Source: an uncultured bacterium (GTDB lineage: Bacteria > Muiribacteriota > Ozemobacteria > Ozemobacterales > Ozemobacteraceae). Taken from it: a DNA stretch of 43,181 bases. The stretch is taken from NCBI GenBank assembly GCA_964428355.1, contig CAYRYU010000004.1:131261-174441 (forward strand), in the 5' to 3' direction. Shown piece by piece: positions 1-9,705 of the stretch. Position numbers and translations under genes: made by a program. The notes beneath the pieces are model-generated. The model saw only the letters and a list, made by a program, of their open reading frames with translations. It had not been told where the DNA came from and made no database searches. How positions within the stretch are numbered: position 1 is the stretch's first letter; every line of letters begins with the position of its first letter.

Positions 1-3000
1 GTTCGGGACGCTGAGTACCAGCTTGGTTCCGGCCCCTGTCGCCCCGCCCGTTAGTGCGAGGGCCTGCTTCCCGCTTCCCGGGAAGAGCCGGAAGAAACCG
101 TCTGAGGTGAGTTCAAGCTTCCAGGGGGTTCCCTTTGCATCCTTGCCGGATGAGAGCATTGCCTTCGTTCCGGCCGTGGTCTTTCCACCTTCCCCTGTCA
201 GGAAAAGCCGGGAATAGGAGTTGACCAGGAAGAACGTTTTCTTCGCGAACGGTCGTGCCCGCATCGTGGCCTGGAACTCCGGAGCCAGCTTCTCCTTGAT
301 GTCGGCGAAGTTTGCCTGGCAGGCATCCAGTTGGGACATCTGTTTCGAAAGGAGCTTGGACTTCTTGCCCACCTTTGTGGCAAGGAGGTTCCTGAGCTGC
401 TCAGACTTGTTCTTGAAAAGCGCTTTGATCGAGTTGACCATGTCCGACCACGAGAAGTCGCCCTCCCATTCGAACGGTTCGCCCATGATCCGGACCTTGA
501 CGTAGATGTGGATAGGCCTTTTCCCGATAAGGGATTTGAAGGACCCCGACAGTTCGCTGTCCTCGATCGCGAAGACATCCAATCCCGCGATTCCGTTGGC
601 CATCTTTTCCGCGATTGCCTTGATGCCGTCGGTGACCTCCTGGCCGGCTTCGACGATCTCCTCGGCGGCATGCAGCCCGGCGAGGGCAGTCTTGTAGGCC
701 GTGATCACGCCCCAGACCCTGGGATCGGCATCGACGGGAATCGAGTCGACGCATTCCTCAACCGCCTTGGCGTAGAGTTCGGCGCATTCCTTCGCGATAT
801 ACAAACCCGCGATCTCCAAGGCATACTTCGCCCGTTTGAAGATTCGCCACTTGGGGGTGTCCTTGAGCTTCTTCTTCTTCTCCTCGATCTTCTTTTCGAT
901 CTCTTCGACCTTTTCCCGGGCTTTCTCGGCGGACTGGAGAACCTTCTCCCGGTCGCGGAGGACGATCAGTCGCTGTTTGTCAATCTCCTTTTTGAGGTTC
1001 TCGACTTCCTTTTTCGCGTCTTCCAGCTCCTTGAGGGCATCGAGGAATTCCTGGTCGGGTTCCCAGTTCTTGATCCGGTTCGCGATCTCCTTGGTGAACC
1101 ATTTCTGGAAATCACCCTTGAGTTTCGCCGTGATCTGGAAATCCTTGGGGTTCAGGAGGTCGGCTTCTTTGGTTTTTCCTACGAAATCCGCTTGGAACAA
1201 ATCTCCAGCCTTCAGGCCGAACTCGATCTGGACCCCGTCGATGCTGATGGTGATCTTGATGGTGGGTTTCAACCCGAGGATGCTCGCCTTGAAACAGATG
1301 TAGAAATGCGGCATTTCCGAGAAGTTCGCGGCGATGTCGATCTTCGCCTCCTCGATCTTGAGGAGCGGTCCGAAGTCCTTCAGAAGGAATTCCCCGTAGA
1401 TTTTCAAACCCGACATATCCAGGAAGGAGTCGACCTTGGCGATCTCCTTCTTCAGGAGGATGAGGGTTCCCTTCAATCCCGCGCCGGGGCCCTGGACCTT
1501 CAGGTCGGGGTCGGTGGCCCCGGGAGTGACCAGCTTCACATGGAAATCCTTCAGCTGGAAAATCGGAAGCTTGTCCAGGTGCAGGAGTTTGAAGATGCTG
1601 TTTTCGGGGGAAGCCAGTTTCTCGAGAACCTCCTGGGCTTTCTTCCGCTTGTTCGCATCCTTTATCGTGTTGAGGAAAGACTGTTTGTCGGCCGCCTTCT
1701 GGGCGATCGCCCTGAATACGATCTCGGCGATTTCGATGGTGTTGAGGAGCGGGATCGTCGACATCTGGCTCGCGGTGAAATCCAGCAGGACTTCCTTGGG
1801 GAATCCCAGCGCGGCCGGTTCAAGTTTGGTTCCGAAAGCGAGTCCGTAGTCCTTCGAGCCGAACTTGGCCGAACCGGCGGCCTTCACGCCCACCGCCCCT
1901 TCGGCGTCGAGACTGAAGCCGAAGACGAGGTCCCGGACGGTGATTCCGGGAAGTCCGAAAATGTCCTTCCATTCACCCTCTAGCTTTCCGGTGACCCCGA
2001 GGCCCACTCCCGTCGCGGAGACGTCCGCAGAAAACTGGCCCACGAGAGTCAGATCGTTTCCACTCACGCTGAACAGGAAGCGGATCGCCATTCCGAGCGA
2101 GAGATCCAGGGAAGAGGTCATTTTCAGGAAGAACTCGGTTCCGATGCCCTGAGGCCGGATTGCCCCATGGAAAGGAAGTTTGGCCGGGAAGTTGAAGTTC
2201 GGGAGCTTCGCGGCAAGAGCGAAGGCCGGAGTCCCGCCCCCGAAGATCCCTTCGATGCTTCCGGCAATGATCATGGGGTCGGTGATTCCGGCTTTCTCCA
2301 TTGCCGTCTTCACGCTGCCGGATGTGTCTCCCGGGTTGAAGACCGCGATCAGGTTGATCCCCTTGAGGATGTGGATCTGGAAGGTCGGGGTAGTGGAGAT
2401 GTCAGCCAGGAACTCCTGGAGGTTAACCGGGAGGTCGCTCAGCTTCGAATCGAACCCGCCCTTGGCAAGGACGAGGTAGGCCTGCGGAAACACGAGCGGG
2501 AGCGCGAGCCTGGGGATGAGCTTTTTCAAATCCAGCTGCGGGAACTTCAGCAGGAAAGCGATGTCGCCCGTTTTTCCCCTGGGGATGTACATCATGAAGG
2601 ATGTTTCGAGGTTCTTTTTTGTCCAGACGAGGGTACCCCCGAAGCCGTTCATCGAGGCCCAGACATCCTTCACGCCAAGTTCGCTGATCCCGGGAATCTC
2701 CTTGACTCCGGGAATGTCGGAGAACTTCAGGGTCGATGGCATGCGGAGAGTGAAATCGTCGATGGCGCCCTTGTACATCGTGAATTCACCCGCCACCTCG
2801 AAAGTGGGTCCGCCCTTGATCGTGGCTTTTGTCCTCAAACCCATGAGAAGCAGGGTGGAGGAGGAAACCTTCGATGTTTCACCGTAGAAGGAGATTTCCT
2901 TCAAATCGATGAAATCGAGACCTCCTGCGTTTTTCCAGGAGTTCTCCTTGACCATGGTGGAAGCGAAGCTCTTCTTCCAGGAGTTTCCTGTCTCTTTCGT

Positions 3001-3834
3001 GAAGGAGAGGCAGCTTTCGAAGTTGAAGGTCTTGTTCCGGATCGTCAGCTGGTTGCTGCTGTTGAGGGAAATGGTGATGGTTTTGTTCGTGCCTTCCTTG
3101 ACGGCCTTGAAATCGAGGGAGCTTCCGGTGAACCGGATCGCCGACGGGATGCAGGGAGGGGCAAGCGCGGGGAATTTGACCGAAAGATCGAATTCCGTCG
3201 TGTCGCCGCTTCCGTCCTCGGATTCACCGTTGGCAAACTTGGCGAGGAAACTTGCGCCCACCCTTCCGAGGATGGTCACCGCTCCGCCCGTTACCCCGAG
3301 CTCCTTCTTGAATTCACCCCAAGCTCCGGAGTCGGTGGTCTTCACCTGGCCGAAGAAGTTGACCCCGGACTTCCATTCGATCTTTTCCTCGGCTCCGAAA
3401 ACCTGACCGAGGCTTGCTTTGATGTTCGCGTTGGGGACCGCGCCGGCCTTGAAAGAGGTGTCGGAAAGGGTGACGACCAGGCCGACGTTCTCGAAAGCCA
3501 TGTCCCCAAGGGGAGTGTTGGCAAGACTGCTGGAGAATTTTGCGAAACTGACATTCGGCGCAAGAAGGGCGATGTTCCATTTATTGTCGACCTTGAAAAT
3601 GGAAACCTGGATGTTGCTTCGACCCAGGGTGCCTGAAAAGCCGTTTCCCTCCGCCGCGCCCACCCTCAAGTTCAGGCCCGCGAGGGCGGAGTTTTTTCCC
3701 AGTTCCTCGGCGACCTTGCCCGGGTCATCTGCAGAAAAAGCCTTCCCGTAAAACGCCCAAAAGGCAGAAAAGACCAGCACTAGGGCCAGGGTCCTCAACC
3801 GAACCCCTCCGAACCTGTTGCCCCAAATTGACAT
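1..3834 (-). CDS. very large secreted protein (>=1278 aa, C-terminus beyond window edge); N-terminal signal peptide, beta-rich G/K/F-repeat regions, central charged coiled coil; family not assignable by eye (AsmA/TamB-like, adhesin- or toxin-like are possibilities)
   Basis: RC of 3832-3834 is ATG with GGGGAGG 6 nt upstream; my hand translation stays open through to position 1 (no stop met); N-term MSIWGNRFGGVRLRTLALVLVFSAFWAFYGKAFSADD is signal-peptide-like; EELEDAKKEVENLKKEIDKQRLIVLRDREKVLQSAEKAREKVEEIEKKIEEKKKKLK coiled coil mid-protein. The provided ORF track shows only antisense ORFs here because the true ORF has no in-window stop. Confidence 0.7.
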   Translation of the reverse strand, partial: MSIWGNRFGGVRLRTLALVLVFSAFWAFYGKAFSADDPGKVAEELGKNSALAGLNLRVGAAEGNGFSGTLGRSNIQVSIFKVDNKWNIALLAPNVSFAKFSSSLANTPLGDMAFENVGLVVTLSDTSFKAGAVPNANIKASLGQVFGAEEKIEWKSGVNFFGQVKTTDSGAWGEFKKELGVTGGAVTILGRVGASFLAKFANGESEDGSGDTTEFDLSVKFPALAPPCIPSAIRFTGSSLDFKAVKEGTNKTITISLNSSNQLTIRNKTFNFESCLSFTKETGNSWKKSFASTMVKENSWKNAGGLDFIDLKEISFYGETSKVSSSTLLLMGLRTKATIKGGPTFEVAGEFTMYKGAIDDFTLRMPSTLKFSDIPGVKEIPGISELGVKDVWASMNGFGGTLVWTKKNLETSFMMYIPRGKTGDIAFLLKFPQLDLKKLIPRLALPLVFPQAYLVLAKGGFDSKLSDLPVNLQEFLADISTTPTFQIHILKGINLIAVFNPGDTSGSVKTAMEKAGITDPMIIAGSIEGIFGGGTPAFALAAKLPNFNFPAKLPFHGAIRPQGIGTEFFLKMTSSLDLSLGMAIRFLFSVSGNDLTLVGQFSADVSATGVGLGVTGKLEGEWKDIFGLPGITVRDLVFGFSLDAEGAVGVKAAGSAKFGSKDYGLAFGTKLEPAALGFPKEVLLDFTASQMSTIPLLNTIEIAEIVFRAIAQKAADKQSFLNTIKDANKRKKAQEVLEKLASPENSIFKLLHLDKLPIFQLKDFHVKLVTPGATDPDLKVQGPGAGLKGTLILLKKEIAKVDSFLDMSGLKIYGEFLLKDFGPLLKIEEAKIDIAANFSEMPHFYICFKASILGLKPTIKITISIDGVQIEFGLKAGDLFQADFVGKTKEADLLNPKDFQITAKLKGDFQKWFTKEIANRIKNWEPDQEFLDALKELEDAKKEVENLKKEIDKQRLIVLRDREKVLQSAEKAREKVEEIEKKIEEKKKKLKDTPKWRIFKRAKYALEIAGLYIAKECAELYAKAVEECVDSIPVDADPRVWGVITAYKTALAGLHAAEEIVEAGQEVTDGIKAIAEKMANGIAGLDVFAIEDSELSGSFKSLIGKRPIHIYVKVRIMGEPFEWEGDFSWSDMVNSIKALFKNKSEQLRNLLATKVGKKSKLLSKQMSQLDACQANFADIKEKLAPEFQATMRARPFAKKTFFLVNSYSRLFLTGEGGKTTAGTKAMLSSGKDAKGTPWKLELTSDGFFRLFPGSGKQALALTGGATGAGTKLVLSVPN

Positions 3835-3889
3835 GTAAGCCTCCCCGTTTTTGGATTCGCCAAAACTAGTCCAGGCGACAGTTGTGATT

Positions 3890-3918
3890 ATTTTCCCTTA
3901 ATTCATTGAAAATGTCTA
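3890..3918 (-). promoter_or_regulatory. candidate sigma70-like promoter for the giant secreted protein gene (-35 TAGACA, 17-nt spacer, -10 GAAAAT on minus strand)
   Basis: minus-strand reading TAGACA-N17-GAAAAT in AT-rich stretch 47 nt upstream of the ATG at 3834. Confidence 0.25.
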
Positions 3919-4199
3919 CGAAATTCACAAATAATTTTTCCCCTCACTCCTCGAACCGTGCAAATCATTCCTGGGAGCCCTTCCTGGGTCAGACGGAGCT
4001 TGAAATGGTTTCCGGCCCCGGCATTTTGGTAAAAAGGCTTCTTGGGAAGGTGAGTTCCGAGAGAGGGAAATGAAACTCCCCAAGGAATCCTACCACAGGC
4101 CGGGACCATCGTAGCATGGTACAAGAAAGAGTATCCACACCTTTTTCAGTCACATCCCGAGCTCGAATCGAGGGGTTTTTCGATGGCCTGGATTCCGGG

Positions 4200-4240
4200 A
4201 AAAAAAGAACCCCTCACAAAGGGGGGAGGGGTTCTTTCCC
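4200..4240 (-). terminator. rho-independent terminator ending the cyclase-PLD operon
   Basis: perfect 9-bp stem GAACCCCTC/GAGGGGTTC (4207-4215/4227-4235) with 11-nt loop; minus-strand reading is followed by a 7-T run (plus-strand A-run 4200-4206); 10 nt after PLD stop. Confidence 0.7.
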
Positions 4241-4249
4241 AATACGGCT

Positions 4250-6511
4250 TCAGAAGAGAGGTTTGAGCCACCCCATCTTGGAAATGAGCTTGATGAGCCA
4301 GAGCTTCTTGGCCCCCTGGACGTCGGCAGGCCCGAATTCAGGGGAATCCGCCGTGGCGAGATGGTACTCGACCGACTTCGCCATATCGGAGAAGATCTCC
4401 TTCCGCAGTTCCGACGCGAATTCATCGGATTTGATCATGGCCACAACCTCGGAATTCACCTTCTCGCTCAGGTAGTCGAAGTTGTAGGTTCCGACCAGAC
4501 CGACCTTTCCATCGAAAACGAAGTTCTTCGCATGGAGTTGGCCTTCGTTCACGCGAGCGAAAAGCCGGCAGGTTGGCATGTCCTTCAGGTAGGTCCGCCA
4601 GTCGCGAAGGAGCATCGCCTCGGTGGGGAAGCTGTCGGAGGTCTGGGGGCTGTTGGTGTGGATATAGATGGGGACGCCCCGCTTCGAAGCTCGCTTCAAA
4701 GCGGCTTGCGCCCTGGGAGTCAGAACGATGTACGGGTTCTGGATGATGATCTCTTTCCGGCTTCCGTCGATGAACCTGACGATGCTTTCGGTGATGTCGT
4801 TCCGGGGGCCTGACAAGGAATGCTTGTCGAGTATCTGGACCGGAGCGTCATAGGCGTTCGAAAACGGGTCGAAGGCTGGAAAACCAGTCATATGCCTGTA
4901 CTTTGTCAGTTCCTTGTTGTATCTGGTCACTCCGGGTTCGATGTCGTCGGGGACCTTTTTTGCGTCGAGGACTCCCTGGCCGTGGAGGTAGAGGTCCATG
5001 GAATAACCGGCGGCTTCCATCTCCCATCCGTAGGATTCGGTGCCTCCAAGGAACGCCTTTTTCACCTTGAAGGCTTTCAGGAGCTGGAACTCCTCGGTGA
5101 AGGCCGTCTCCATTTCCCGGGCCACTTCCTCGCTGTCGATCACTACATCGCAATCACGCCAGGCTTCAGGGTCGTCGATGGGATCGACCAGGTACTCGTT
5201 GGCGATGTTCCGTCCCCCAATGATGGCGAATCTTCGGTCGACTACGATGATCTTGTCGTGGTTGCTGGAAATCACCCTGCGAAGGTCGGTCAGCAGCAGG
5301 GCGATGTTGGTCTCCATCGGGTTGTAGATCTTGACCTCGACATTCCCCCGCCGTACCAGCTCCTGGAGGAAGTCCTGGGCCCAGAATCCCAGGCTGAACT
5401 TGTTGGACCCGCGGCAATCGATCATCAGACGGATCTTCACGCCCTCGTTTGCTTTCTTCAGGAGCAACCCGAGCAGGGAGGTTCCGAATACATCGTTATC
5501 GATGATGAAGTAGGTCATATCGATGGTGCTCTGGGCGTCGCTCAACAGCTTCCAGCGGGAGTACCAAGCCTCGTAATTCTTGTAGACCAACCTTACCCTG
5601 GCGTTGTCATCCGGGGGCCCGCTTGCGATGCGGGCGGCATACTGGTCGAAGATTTCCTCGGGGGGAGGTGTGAAAGGCGCTCCCAGGGCTTCATAATACA
5701 GTTCGAAATCCGCTTCGTCGTTCTGGGCCCTGAGGAAGGCGATCGATTTCGCGAGGTAGGTGGCCCACCGGACCATTTTGACGGGAGCCAGCAGCCAGGA
5801 GGTGTCCTTGTATTTCCTGTAGGCGGCATTCATTTCCTCGAACTTCTGGGAAAGGGATTTCTTCCATTTGGTCCGGTCTCCGAAGGAGCCCAGATACTTG
5901 ATCCGGAGGTTCGCATAGATTCCGAAACGTCCGGAGTTGGGGTCGGCTGCAATCTCCTTGTAGAGGGCCAGGGCCGAGGCCTGGTCGTTCCTGAGCCGTT
6001 CGTAGGCCTTCGCCAACTCGTATTGGATCTTGCTCTTGTCAGGACAGTTCGGATTCGCCTGGAGATAGGACTTGATCTGGATGAAGATCGAATCTGCATA
6101 ACTTCCCGCTCTTTCGCTCTTGAGGCAGTCGATCAGGGGCTGGATGTCGGGAGTGAACGTGGCGTTGTCGGAATAGGGGTCTGTCATCGGTTGGGCGGTG
6201 GTTAGCGGGGGAACGGTCAAAGATGAGGAAACGGCTCCGGAGGAGGTGGTTTCCGGAAGGGTAGAGGAAGCAGCACTCTTCGACGGATTCCCGGGAAGGG
6301 TGCCGACATAGGTGTCTTTTGCGACAGAATAAGCCTGACGCGCCTTTTCCACCTCGCCGGCCGGTTTCTGGGCGGTTACCGCCTCCTGGTAGGCTTTGTA
6401 CGCAGCAAGATACTTCTGGTAGGCGGAATCGGTCGTCTCTGCCATCGCCCCCGAAATGCAGAATGCGATCAGCAAAAGAACCAAAACCAGCTTTCTCCGG
6501 ATTCGATTCAT
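4250..6511 (-). CDS. secreted phospholipase D superfamily protein with two HKD motifs and N-terminal helical/TPR-like region
   Basis: HxKxxxxD motifs SNHDKIIVVDRR and LHAKNFVFDGK...GTYNFD; signal peptide MNRIRRKLVLVLLLIAFCISGAMA; start chosen at second ATG (6511, GGGGG 5 nt upstream) rather than ORF-track 6535. Confidence 0.85.
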   Translation of the reverse strand: MNRIRRKLVLVLLLIAFCISGAMAETTDSAYQKYLAAYKAYQEAVTAQKPAGEVEKARQAYSVAKDTYVGTLPGNPSKSAASSTLPETTSSGAVSSSLTVPPLTTAQPMTDPYSDNATFTPDIQPLIDCLKSERAGSYADSIFIQIKSYLQANPNCPDKSKIQYELAKAYERLRNDQASALALYKEIAADPNSGRFGIYANLRIKYLGSFGDRTKWKKSLSQKFEEMNAAYRKYKDTSWLLAPVKMVRWATYLAKSIAFLRAQNDEADFELYYEALGAPFTPPPEEIFDQYAARIASGPPDDNARVRLVYKNYEAWYSRWKLLSDAQSTIDMTYFIIDNDVFGTSLLGLLLKKANEGVKIRLMIDCRGSNKFSLGFWAQDFLQELVRRGNVEVKIYNPMETNIALLLTDLRRVISSNHDKIIVVDRRFAIIGGRNIANEYLVDPIDDPEAWRDCDVVIDSEEVAREMETAFTEEFQLLKAFKVKKAFLGGTESYGWEMEAAGYSMDLYLHGQGVLDAKKVPDDIEPGVTRYNKELTKYRHMTGFPAFDPFSNAYDAPVQILDKHSLSGPRNDITESIVRFIDGSRKEIIIQNPYIVLTPRAQAALKRASKRGVPIYIHTNSPQTSDSFPTEAMLLRDWRTYLKDMPTCRLFARVNEGQLHAKNFVFDGKVGLVGTYNFDYLSEKVNSEVVAMIKSDEFASELRKEIFSDMAKSVEYHLATADSPEFGPADVQGAKKLWLIKLISKMGWLKPLF

Positions 6512-6645
6512 AGAAACCCCCGACAGATCGGACATTTATCAAATTGTACTCACGGAAAGGGGAAGTGTCCAGCCCATGGGTATGGGACCATTGGAGGAGG
6601 GACGAAGAACCGGTTTCGAAAGAGGGGTGTGAAAACCTGGTCGGG

Positions 6646-9600
6646 TCAATCCCGAAATCGTTCGAGAATGACGAAAGCGGGGACGCGGATCTTTCCTCCG
6701 ACAAGGGGTTTCCGCTTCCATCGGGGGGAAAGAGATTTTTCCGTGAGTGGGCAGACCACAATTCCGGGCCCAGGGGCGGATTTCGTCGCCTTTTCCATCT
6801 CCGCCGAAAGGTTAACCGTTGGACCGGTGACCGTGAAGTCCTGGCGTTGACTCCCTCCTCCAAGGACTCCAAGGATGGTTCGGCCCGATCCGATTCCAAC
6901 ACCTATCCTTATCGGGAACTCACCTCTTCCCTCACGTTCCTCGTTGAACTTTGCGACTTCGGAGAGCATATTCCAGCCTGCCTGGGCGGCTCTCTCGGGT
7001 GCGGGGGGCCGCCCGTGAACAGGGAGGAAAACAGCCAGGATCGCGTCCCCGATGAACTTGTCGATGGTTCCGCCCTCACCTTCGATAACCGGTTCCATTC
7101 GAGTCAGGTACGCGTTGAGCATTCCCACGATCTCTTCGGGGGCTTTTTCCTCGGACATGGACGTGAAACCTCTGATGTCCGCCGTCAGGATCGTCGCATC
7201 GACCTTGGTCGCTTTCGGCTCCCCCCCCCTCGCGATCGCATCCATGGTCAGATCAGACAGGAAGCGGGACAAAAACTCCTTCTCGCGAAGCCCGTCGGCC
7301 ATCGAGTTGAAGGAGTTGCACAGATCTCCGATCTCATCTTCGGTCAAGGCGGGAAGCCGGGTGGTCTCCCCGCCTTCCAGGAGGTTGCCTACCCCTTCCT
7401 GAAGGGAACGGACCGGTCGGAGGAAAAAACGGGAGAAGATGAAAGCCATCAGGACAATTATTCCGACGGGATACAGAACGACTGCGTTCGAAAGTAAGGC
7501 CCCCCATGGTTTTCGGGTCCCCCGAGGATCGGGTCTTACCGAGAATGCGACGAACCCCCAATCTTTCAAGGCCCTGCCGAGAAAAATGTGGGGTCTTCCC
7601 CCGACGGTCAGTTTTCCCCGGATCTTCCCCCCTTTCATCGTAAGCCTTTTAAGAAGGCTCCGTATGCCGGGATGCGATTCAGCCCAGATCGGGAAGACGT
7701 TCGGGTTGTTGGTGAAGTAGGAGTTCATGAAGACGAGGGAAGGCTGCCCGTTTGCCAGAAAAGGTGATTCCAGGAGGGCCTTCCGCATTTCTGAAAACTC
7801 CGCCTGCCTTCTCGCGAAATTGGCCATAACGGCAAGAGGGATCTGGAAATCCTTGGAAAAAAACGTATGGAAGAAGGTCCATGTGTTTTCATGGAGGATC
7901 TGCCAGGAGTTGATCCGATCTTGGGAAAGCCATGTCTTGAGCAGTTGCATCGGATCGAACGATTGTTCGATGGTCTCGAAAACGAGGTCATCGGTAGCTT
8001 CCTCGCCGTGACCTGATTTCACTGGCCGGTCGGAATCTTTTCGGAACCTCAGACTTCGTCCAAGTTTTGCAAGGAACCGGGAAAAGAACCGGTCGGTTTT
8101 TTCAACCTGCTTTTCGTTTTCCTTCGTGGTGATGACCCTGATCGGAACCACGGGCTGGGAGGGAGGGATCAGGAAAAGCCTGTTGACATCGCCTGATGCC
8201 AGCTCGGGGATGATCTTATCCGTGAAACTTGCTGGTGGAAGCCCTTTCACCCAAACCGGATCGGATAAAACCTGCTTCAGAAGCGATACCCGGTCACTGA
8301 GACTTTTTTCCCTCACGTTCTCGAGGTTCTGGAGATCCGCCTCGAGAGAACGGAACTCCTCCATTACCGAAACATCCGAATCCCAGAGCATGCCGGAAAC
8401 CGATGTCCAGCCAAGGCCAAGGGTGGGTGCAATGCAGGTCAGGAGGCTTAGAAGAAGGAACTTGACCCCAATGGAGCTTTTTGGAGCCGGAAGCATTTCG
8501 ATCGGCTTCCCTTCACCGGGAGAATCTCCGGGAGGGATCCTCCCCGGTGGCGCAACCCCGGGGGATACGAATCCGGGGGCGGGGGAAACGGGCAGTGAGC
8601 CGGATGAAGCGGCCTCTTCAGGGGGACCCGCCTTGACACTTGGTGCTCCCTTGGTACGGCCTTCAGGAGGTTCGGGGCAACTGGTAGGGGGTGAAAGCAG
8701 TTTCAGGATACCGGAAACCGAAAGGAAGAGAGATAGGAATCCGATCGCGACAGCCATGGGGGAGCGTGCGAGGCGGAAAATGGGCGGGGAAGGATCCCAG
8801 AGTGAGATGACTCTGTCCGGGTCTCCGGGCAGACCGCTGAACGCGGCCCCACCTTCCTCCGTGAAGATCTCCCCACTGGTTTCCTGGTCCAACGCCCGTT
8901 TAAAGGCTTCCCCCAAGGACCCTGGAAATCCGGGCGGAAGAGCCGGCTTTTTCCGGGTTCCCACCCAGGAATTGAACGAAAGCTGGGTCTTGTTCTTCGA
9001 AAGCGACTCCATGAACCAGTCGCCTCTTTGAAAGAAAGCCAGGGGAACCAGGATGGCGAAGGCACCACCCCTGACAAGGGGGATCTTTTGGACAGGGAAG
9101 CTCTTGTCCCGGGTCAAGTATGAAACCGGGGCGCTGACGGGGGAGCCAGGGAAAAGGGTGCCTATCAACACCATGTAATGAGTCTTTCGGAATTGGGCTT
9201 GGACGATGGAGATCGTCGATACCCCGAAGGCGAAGGGGAACGATTTGCCGAAGAGGCTTTCCAAAGCCACCGAAAAGCGGTCCCAATTCAAGTCTGACCG
9301 GGGAATCAGGAAGGAAGACCAATCCAGGATGAGGCTCAAGCATCGGGTTTCCGTCGCGTCGAGCCCCTCCTTGTCGAGGCATCCTCCTTCCCTATCCTTC
9401 AGCATGAATTGGACGTCGCTTCCAAAGGTTTCGAGAGCCCGCTTTCGGATCGTCCCCGCGGTTTCGGGGAGCAGTTCAGCGATGTCCCTGACGGTGTCGA
9501 GAAGCGTCTCGTGGGCCAGAGATTCGGGGCTCATGCGTGCTTGGAGAAGAGGAAGCAGATACTCCCGCTCCTGGGCGACGTTGGTCACTGCCACCTGCGA

Positions 9601-9705
9601 CAAGTCAGCTTCCATGGAATCCAAAAGGGACCACTCGAGCAAAAAGACGGTGATCAGAAAAACGGGAATGGCGACTTTCAGAGTCCTTTCAGTTGCCCGT
9701 GCCAT
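6646..9705 (-). CDS. membrane-bound class III adenylate/guanylate cyclase with large extracytoplasmic sensor region, Pro-rich linker, HAMP domain and C-terminal cyclase homology domain
   Basis: CHD motifs ATILTADIRGFT, KFIGDAILAVF, RIGVGIGSGRTILGVLGGG...FTVTGPTVNLSAEME; HAMP-like LTEDEIGDLCNSFNSMADGLRE; multiple TM helices; start at ATG 9705 (MARATERTLKV, GAGG 5 nt upstream), 17-nt overlap with upstream cyclase. Confidence 0.85.
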   Translation of the reverse strand: MARATERTLKVAIPVFLITVFLLEWSLLDSMEADLSQVAVTNVAQEREYLLPLLQARMSPESLAHETLLDTVRDIAELLPETAGTIRKRALETFGSDVQFMLKDREGGCLDKEGLDATETRCLSLILDWSSFLIPRSDLNWDRFSVALESLFGKSFPFAFGVSTISIVQAQFRKTHYMVLIGTLFPGSPVSAPVSYLTRDKSFPVQKIPLVRGGAFAILVPLAFFQRGDWFMESLSKNKTQLSFNSWVGTRKKPALPPGFPGSLGEAFKRALDQETSGEIFTEEGGAAFSGLPGDPDRVISLWDPSPPIFRLARSPMAVAIGFLSLFLSVSGILKLLSPPTSCPEPPEGRTKGAPSVKAGPPEEAASSGSLPVSPAPGFVSPGVAPPGRIPPGDSPGEGKPIEMLPAPKSSIGVKFLLLSLLTCIAPTLGLGWTSVSGMLWDSDVSVMEEFRSLEADLQNLENVREKSLSDRVSLLKQVLSDPVWVKGLPPASFTDKIIPELASGDVNRLFLIPPSQPVVPIRVITTKENEKQVEKTDRFFSRFLAKLGRSLRFRKDSDRPVKSGHGEEATDDLVFETIEQSFDPMQLLKTWLSQDRINSWQILHENTWTFFHTFFSKDFQIPLAVMANFARRQAEFSEMRKALLESPFLANGQPSLVFMNSYFTNNPNVFPIWAESHPGIRSLLKRLTMKGGKIRGKLTVGGRPHIFLGRALKDWGFVAFSVRPDPRGTRKPWGALLSNAVVLYPVGIIVLMAFIFSRFFLRPVRSLQEGVGNLLEGGETTRLPALTEDEIGDLCNSFNSMADGLREKEFLSRFLSDLTMDAIARGGEPKATKVDATILTADIRGFTSMSEEKAPEEIVGMLNAYLTRMEPVIEGEGGTIDKFIGDAILAVFLPVHGRPPAPERAAQAGWNMLSEVAKFNEEREGRGEFPIRIGVGIGSGRTILGVLGGGSQRQDFTVTGPTVNLSAEMEKATKSAPGPGIVVCPLTEKSLSPRWKRKPLVGGKIRVPAFVILERFRD

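Noticed and set aside
331-3636. Long plus-strand ORFs (331..1983, 2167..3636 and smaller ones) in the first 3.8 kb
   Set aside because: Translations are low-complexity and R/L/E/D-rich with no motifs. They lie antisense to a continuous minus-strand ORF that has a signal peptide and an RBS. The minus ORF is absent from the track only because its stop lies beyond the window.
4820-6205. 461-aa plus-strand ORF inside the PLD gene and similar long antisense ORFs (10425..11537 -, 13206..13826 +, 17578..18810 -, 19611..20399 -, 23947..24723 -, 33296..34318 -, 38049..39878 +, 40150..41220 +)
   Set aside because: Each overlaps, on the opposite strand or in an alternative frame, a gene with clear family motifs. 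Their compositions are typical of GC-rich antisense frames (Arg/Gly/Pro/Leu-rich, no motifs).
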